DNA of 63,421 bases, filler included, from Stramenopiles sp. TOSAG23-6 (Eukaryota), in the NCBI GenBank assembly GCA_900128565.1. It is 17 parts of 17 records of this genome, joined end to end, with 100 filler letters (N's around TTAATTAATTAA, not from the genome) between each part and the next. Parts side by side here need not be neighbours in the genome. Positions count along the whole stretch, not along the records: positions 56,080 to 59,700 come from LT637434.1; positions 59,801 to 63,421 come from LT637435.1; 15 more parts are not named here. The stretch is one strand, 5' to 3'. Below are positions 58,292 through 63,421 of this stretch, piece by piece. How positions within the stretch are numbered: the first letter of the stretch is position 1; each line of letters starts with the position of its first letter. The notes below the pieces were generated by a model. That model saw nothing but the letters and a program-made list of their open reading frames with translations. It was not told the DNA's origin and made no database searches. A program made the position numbers and the translations under genes.

Positions 58292-59248
58292 ATGATAGGA
58301 AATATGGTGAATGTTCAACGCACGATGAAAATTTCTCTCTTCATTGTAACAGTGTTAAATAATACTTTTGATGTAGTTGCATATGATGGAAAATATAAGA
58401 ATAATTCTAACAAGGCTTGTTCAGCATGGGAATATAAAAAAAAGCTCCTGACGAAATGGAATGAAGAACAATTGGACTGGAAAATAAGGACGTCAGTGGA
58501 AAATCATCAAAACGAACTCAAAGCTATAATTTTGAAAGAGGCTAAGGAATCGGAAGGGATTGTGCTTAGCAATGTTGTGGGTAAGCACTATTTGGATATC
58601 AATATGTCTAAAGGCTCTTCTGCTAACATTCCATTGACCACCGGAAAAAAACTAGCTCCTCTACTAAACGATTCGGGAAAGAGGACATTAGACTTGAGTA
58701 ATTGTTGTCTTGCCCTTCACAAGTTTTGTAATTCACTGAACCAGTTTAATTGTGTCATTGATCTAAGGTATAAGGGCAACTATACTGCTGAAGCTACAGG
58801 ATTCTCTCTTGTTGCTGACCCCCAGAAGACAAAAACAATGGAAAATATTGAAAAAAGAAAAAATGCTTGTCGTGCGGTGGTGACAGCAAAAGTGCTTGCG
58901 ACCTATACAGATAAACCATTAAGCTGTTGCGAAACCTACAATGATTGGACAACAACAAAAGCACAAAATGGGGCTGAAACGATGGCCACGCTCGCACAGG
59001 ATGCTACTTTACTTGCGAAAAAACTTGATGCTCTGTATGGCAAGCTAACAATACCAAAAGGTGGAGAAACGTTAAAGTTTATGTTCGGCAACAAAGATGC
59101 TTACACCGGTGATGGTACAACAATAATAAATAAACTTAATCCGGCTCTAGAAGTACTAGCAAAAACAAACAGACAAAAATATAACGAAAACAAAACGTTT
59201 TTCACTGGTACAAGTTCTGGGGAACCTTTTGAAAATTGGTCATCATAA
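58292..59248 (+). CDS. Hypothetical protein, possibly secreted
   Basis: 318-aa intronless ORF. Confidence 0.5.
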   Translation: MIGNMVNVQRTMKISLFIVTVLNNTFDVVAYDGKYKNNSNKACSAWEYKKKLLTKWNEEQLDWKIRTSVENHQNELKAIILKEAKESEGIVLSNVVGKHYLDINMSKGSSANIPLTTGKKLAPLLNDSGKRTLDLSNCCLALHKFCNSLNQFNCVIDLRYKGNYTAEATGFSLVADPQKTKTMENIEKRKNACRAVVTAKVLATYTDKPLSCCETYNDWTTTKAQNGAETMATLAQDATLLAKKLDALYGKLTIPKGGETLKFMFGNKDAYTGDGTTIINKLNPALEVLAKTNRQKYNENKTFFTGTSSGEPFENWSS

Positions 59249-59601
59249 TTTTTAAAATAATTATCGGACTACATTTCGTATCTATTAATTTTTTAATGGT
59301 TAATTTTGGAATACATGTAAAAGACAAATTTGTATTACTTTAACAAATATTCTTTATTATGATTATAAAAAATTATAAGATTATGTTTAAAAATTCATAT
59401 TATTATTTATTATAAAAAGTATATGAGTGATGATTCGATTGACGACAAAGAAGTTTGTTTCATCTGAAATTCTATCAACATTCTGAATCGAAACGGATTT
59501 TTTTTTTTTCAATTTTGAATTTATTTCTTCAATTTTGAATTATTTTTTCAATTTTCAATTTATTTCTTCAATTTTGTATTTTTTTTTCAATTTTAAATTT
59601 A

Positions 59602-59700
59602 TTATTTTGTATATAATTTCAAAGTATTTGCAAGACGTGACAAAGCAATATCAATATCATCTTCACTAGCTGTTGAATATGATGCTCTTATATACGGTGA
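59602..59700 (-). CDS. C-terminus of a class I aminotransferase (AADAT-like)
   Basis: SPYIRASYSTASEDDIDIALSRLANTLK then stop. Confidence 0.65.
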   Translation of the reverse strand, partial: SPYIRASYSTASEDDIDIALSRLANTLKLYTK

Positions 59701-59921
59701 NNNNNNNNNNNNNNNNNNNNNNNNNNNNNNNNNNNNNNNNNNNNTTAATTAATTAANNNNNNNNNNNNNNNNNNNNNNNNNNNNNNNNNNNNNNNNNNNN
59801 ATAAACAATACAATCCTGTGTAAATAATGACCGTAAAAATACGATGCTCAAGAAGAAATGAAAAAAATGATCTCATCTGAGGAGCGATATATAGGGTACC
59901 GGGTATCGGATTTTAAAAAAT

Positions 59922-61208
59922 TTATTTTTTTTTATTTTCAGTTTTCTTCATTTTTAGAACCCGCATACTTTTCTTGATACATTTTTTCCTCCACTTTGAA
60001 TAAGTCAGTGGCTTACCATCAATATTGCGCGTTCTAGCTTTTCCATCTAATCCAACGAAGAAAGCAAGACTGTGCCGAGGTTTTACTACGTCAATTTCGG
60101 CCAAAGAGGTGGAACTTGGCAAATTCGAAATTGAATCTGTACTGAAGTTCATACCTAACGAATGTCCATTTTTCAGAGAGTTACTCGCCCCAATATTTGC
60201 CACAACCCGATGTAATGTCGACTGTAATCTTCCCAGTGTAAAGTCGGATAAGCAGTCACCAACATTGATAATAAATTTCGCTTCTCCAGCTGTCGCTATA
60301 GAGTTAGGGTTAGGGTTAAGTTTCTCGAAAACTTCACCAGGACAACAAGCATCCACCCAAGTGTTATTTGAAGTGTCCTTAATTTGAAGCTTCCCCGTAT
60401 TACCATCATCGTAACATAAAATAGTAATGACTCCTACATCAGTATGTGCAGCTATTAGAGTATTGCTTTCTGGATTTTTTGAACATTTTAGATATCCGTT
60501 CATTGTTAAAATTGATGTACCTTCCGATTGTTCAAAAAAGTCAACACCTTTTGGTTGTTCCGTTTCAGTATCAATACATGGGAACATATCGAAATCTCTA
60601 GAGATCAACTCCCATGAATCATTAGAAGCATTAGTACAGTTTTTCAAATTATCCTTTGACGATAATGCATCTTTATATCCTATTGCAATGGCACATAACA
60701 ACTTAGAACTAAGTGACGTCATCGCCTTATAATAACTATCGACACTAGTTTTGAAGTCCTTGGATTGTCTTTCGGTAAATCCAGATACACCTGGGCATGT
60801 TGTTGGTGGCCACATATTGGCTTGCAAAAGCTCACTTTTTGTATTTTTTGTATTTTTTGTATTCTCCTTTGAAGCAGAGCTTGAAGGACCAAAACGGTAC
60901 TTTTCAACAACATCATTTTCTGCAATATTACCTACTAAAGAAGCAAAGTTTTCAGTTTTAGAAGGACAGTATCCACGACGAGCACGGTCCCTAGCAACAC
61001 ACCGAGATTTATATTCTTCAGGAAGAGCAAAAAAACTGGAAGCGGCCTGAAGCGTGTTTTTCACTGTTGGTGTAGGTACACCGGTACCACTTACTATAAC
61101 AAAGCCATCCTCTGATAAAGCTAACCACAGATTCCGTGCACAACTATTGCGGTCGTCTTCGCTGTAATCTCCTGGAAAAGCAAACGCACGAATGTTCACC
61201 AAACGCAT
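59922..61208 (-). CDS. 2OG-Fe(II) oxygenase, IPNS/DIOX-like
   Basis: GF..VSGTGV..FFALPEEYK..RGY, HTD.G.ITIL, INVGD..STLHRV, RHSLAFF. Confidence 0.92.
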   Translation of the reverse strand: MRLVNIRAFAFPGDYSEDDRNSCARNLWLALSEDGFVIVSGTGVPTPTVKNTLQAASSFFALPEEYKSRCVARDRARRGYCPSKTENFASLVGNIAENDVVEKYRFGPSSSASKENTKNTKNTKSELLQANMWPPTTCPGVSGFTERQSKDFKTSVDSYYKAMTSLSSKLLCAIAIGYKDALSSKDNLKNCTNASNDSWELISRDFDMFPCIDTETEQPKGVDFFEQSEGTSILTMNGYLKCSKNPESNTLIAAHTDVGVITILCYDDGNTGKLQIKDTSNNTWVDACCPGEVFEKLNPNPNSIATAGEAKFIINVGDCLSDFTLGRLQSTLHRVVANIGASNSLKNGHSLGMNFSTDSISNLPSSTSLAEIDVVKPRHSLAFFVGLDGKARTRNIDGKPLTYSKWRKKCIKKSMRVLKMKKTENKKK

Positions 61209-61531
61209 AGATAATATATATGACCTAACTGATTAAAGGTATTTTCAGGGTACTATCTGCTGGTATCGGTTGTGTTAAGATGAGGTTAATGTTATTGCTT
61301 TGAATCTTCTGGAACCAAGTTGATTAACTACGGGTAGGTAGTGCTGAGAGGCTCAGTGAGAGCTGAGCTTTTTGACACTGACTTGTTGCCACGTGGCACA
61401 CGCAAAAAAAACGGACGAAATCAAAACCAACCCAACGACGTATCCAAAATCTAAGAACGGTTGTGTGAACCGTATCCAAAAATTCTACCCAAAGAGGAAT
61501 TCTTAAATCTTAAAGAGCAATCATTACAACC

Positions 61532-62179
61532 ATGGAGCAGCATGAGCCACTTCTTAAAACAAATAATAAAAAAAGTATTAACATGAGACGTAAGTATACT
61601 TTGTTGACATCGTTTGCCTTTGTAGGTGTTGCACTGGTTCTTCAAGTTGTTGGCAACAGCGTAGATTCTTATTCCGTCGTATCTGTAATACGAAGAGACG
61701 TTCAGAAGGCTGAAATCATCATAAGTTTTGATAGACTCAGTATTGATGCAAATAATTCGAAAACGTCGAAAACATATACTTCAATCGAAAAGCAGTACAA
61801 GGATGCAGAAAGAGGGGCAAAAAAACTGAAAACCGCAGGTCAACTTCTTGTGACGTTTTCTACAATTTCCAGTTTTTTTCTTGCAATGACTGCACTATAC
61901 GAAGTCCTAAAATTTTTGGAATTTCAATATCACTTGAAAACAAGATATCAACATACAATTCTTTTTCTCTATGGATCAGTAATAATGACATCAGTTGGTC
62001 TTCTCTGTTGGATTATTCTTGAACACACTGGGACTCAACAGTTAATTCACGGACTAAATAATACAGGACAATTGTTCCCAGGTGGAGATACAAAGAAGAA
62101 ATACGGAGCATCTGTGTATCTGCTTATCTCTACATCTATCGCTCAACTTTTTGCAGCGATTGCACTTAAGCATCTATAA
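61532..62179 (+). CDS. Four-TM claudin-like membrane protein
   Basis: Four hydrophobic segments; YGASVYL before the last. Confidence 0.5.
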   Translation: MEQHEPLLKTNNKKSINMRRKYTLLTSFAFVGVALVLQVVGNSVDSYSVVSVIRRDVQKAEIIISFDRLSIDANNSKTSKTYTSIEKQYKDAERGAKKLKTAGQLLVTFSTISSFFLAMTALYEVLKFLEFQYHLKTRYQHTILFLYGSVIMTSVGLLCWIILEHTGTQQLIHGLNNTGQLFPGGDTKKKYGASVYLLISTSIAQLFAAIALKHL

Positions 62180-62290
62180 TTTAATAAATTGATTTGTTTT
62201 TTATAAGTTTGTTTAATTTTCAATGATCAAAAATAATTACACAAAAATACGTAACGATATTGATATCCCGATATACTCTTCTCAATATAT

Positions 62291-63337
62291 TTACGCCGAA
62301 GTATCGAGGACTGTTTTTTCGTCCACGACTTCTTCGATAATTTCCGTAGTAATTTCATACAAAGAGTCATCGCGATCATCCCAGCCCAACAATTCAACAT
62401 ATTGTTCTCGTTTTGTCTCATTTTCATCACGGCGTTTCTTGAGAAGTTTGCGGAATTCGTCTCGAAGTTTAATAGCATTTCGTGCATCTTCCGCTTGCCT
62501 AGAATTAGTAAGAAATTTGTCTTGATCTTTAAATCTACGAACATGTAAATGAAGATTTTTCAACACTTCTTTCCGTTCTTTTTCCGTGAGAATAGACTGA
62601 GGACGAGGTCTCCACTCAAATTGATAGAAATTTTGTTTTTGCATCCTGTACAATGGTTGTCCTTGGAAGCTCCAGAGTGCATATCCATTTTCAAGTTGGT
62701 GTCTCATAGATGCAGCACCAAACATAGGCTGTGATACAACAGAAGCCACAAAGCGGCCAGATGGATCCCAACAAATATCTGTACACATAAAATGCTCTAC
62801 TGATGACGATAACTGTTCATTTGCTTCCAAATCAAAAAATTCAAGAATTCCATTATGAGGAGATGCTTGACCTGCAAGCACACAATGACGACCTTGAGGA
62901 GACCAATACAACTTATTACATGGACGATTTTCTAACGTAAAAAGTTTCTCAAATTTGCATTTGGATACATCGGTTGTAGCTCCCATCGAATACACGCTTA
63001 CATTTGATGAAGTAGCCGAAAGAGAATGAACAACACCACATTTTACACCCTGTGGCTCCCAGGCGAAATGAGCAACATTTTCTCTAGTTTCAAAATGCTC
63101 AATGGGGATGTCTTTCATGTTCATACGGAATAATTCAAAATTAGTAAATTGTGTTTTTTTTGTCTTACTGTGCCTAGTGACTTGAACACACATAAAATGC
63201 CCTTGAGGGTGCCATATAGTCTTCACATCAGTTACTTGGTACAAATTTTTCTTTCGAATAATTTTACGACTTGGAATTTCGATTAATGTCACGCAGGCTG
63301 GTAAATTTTGAGCCTCAGGAGACCAAGTACACAAAAT
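62291..63337 (-). CDS. EIF3B: Translation initiation factor eIF3b, last exon; preceded by a family intron (63338-63421)
   Basis: FAWEP.G, WSPQGR, EHFMCTDI.WDPSGRFV, ENGY.LWSFQG, QFEWRPRP; intron ends AAAATACAT|ATT. Confidence 0.95.
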   Translation of the reverse strand: MLCTWSPEAQNLPACVTLIEIPSRKIIRKKNLYQVTDVKTIWHPQGHFMCVQVTRHSKTKKTQFTNFELFRMNMKDIPIEHFETRENVAHFAWEPQGVKCGVVHSLSATSSNVSVYSMGATTDVSKCKFEKLFTLENRPCNKLYWSPQGRHCVLAGQASPHNGILEFFDLEANEQLSSSVEHFMCTDICWDPSGRFVASVVSQPMFGAASMRHQLENGYALWSFQGQPLYRMQKQNFYQFEWRPRPQSILTEKERKEVLKNLHLHVRRFKDQDKFLTNSRQAEDARNAIKLRDEFRKLLKKRRDENETKREQYVELLGWDDRDDSLYEITTEIIEEVVDEKTVLDTSA

Positions 63338-63421
63338 ATGTATTTTGGAAAAATATTTCAAAAAAACGTTAGGTACAAAATTTCGTACTAAAAATAAATT
63401 CGAAATTGAAAAAAAATAAAA

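Overview
AT-rich eukaryotic (protist) genomic DNA, probably stramenopile-like, although the taxon is an inference. The window is 17 unrelated ~3.7-kb contigs joined by artificial N-TTAATTAATTAA-N spacers. It holds about 35 protein genes or gene fragments (including P2X-like, CYRI, E2 UBC, BolA, ZFC3H1-like, ProRS, WASP-like, Elf1, IP3R-like, CaMK, SNF2, BRO1, NIPA, RPAP3, TMEM260, SET and eIF3b) and 3 tRNAs. The main signal is one family of about 40 related introns, mostly 90-130 nt, with consensus GTA(T/C)GTTTTA-Tn-CAAATTCGA-Tn-CGTACGAAATTTTGTACCTAAC-..-Tn-GAAATATTTTT-(CACAAT/CCAAAAT)-ACAT. They have a U2-like donor and a branch-point-like motif but no AG acceptor. In 27 complete copies checked by hand, the reading frame, and often a conserved motif, is restored when the intron ends 4 nt after the CACAAT/CAAAAT box. 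Those ends are AT (20), GT (3), TT (2), GA (1) and AC/AT (1). The ends often repeat the last bases of the upstream exon, and the element has inverted repeats and a palindromic core, suggesting a transposon-derived introner family with AG-independent 3' splice sites. At least one ordinary GT-AG intron co-exists. Antisense copies of the core and telomere-like AACCCT repeats also occur inside exons. Splicing is inferred from DNA only, and all protein identities come from motif recognition, not database searches.
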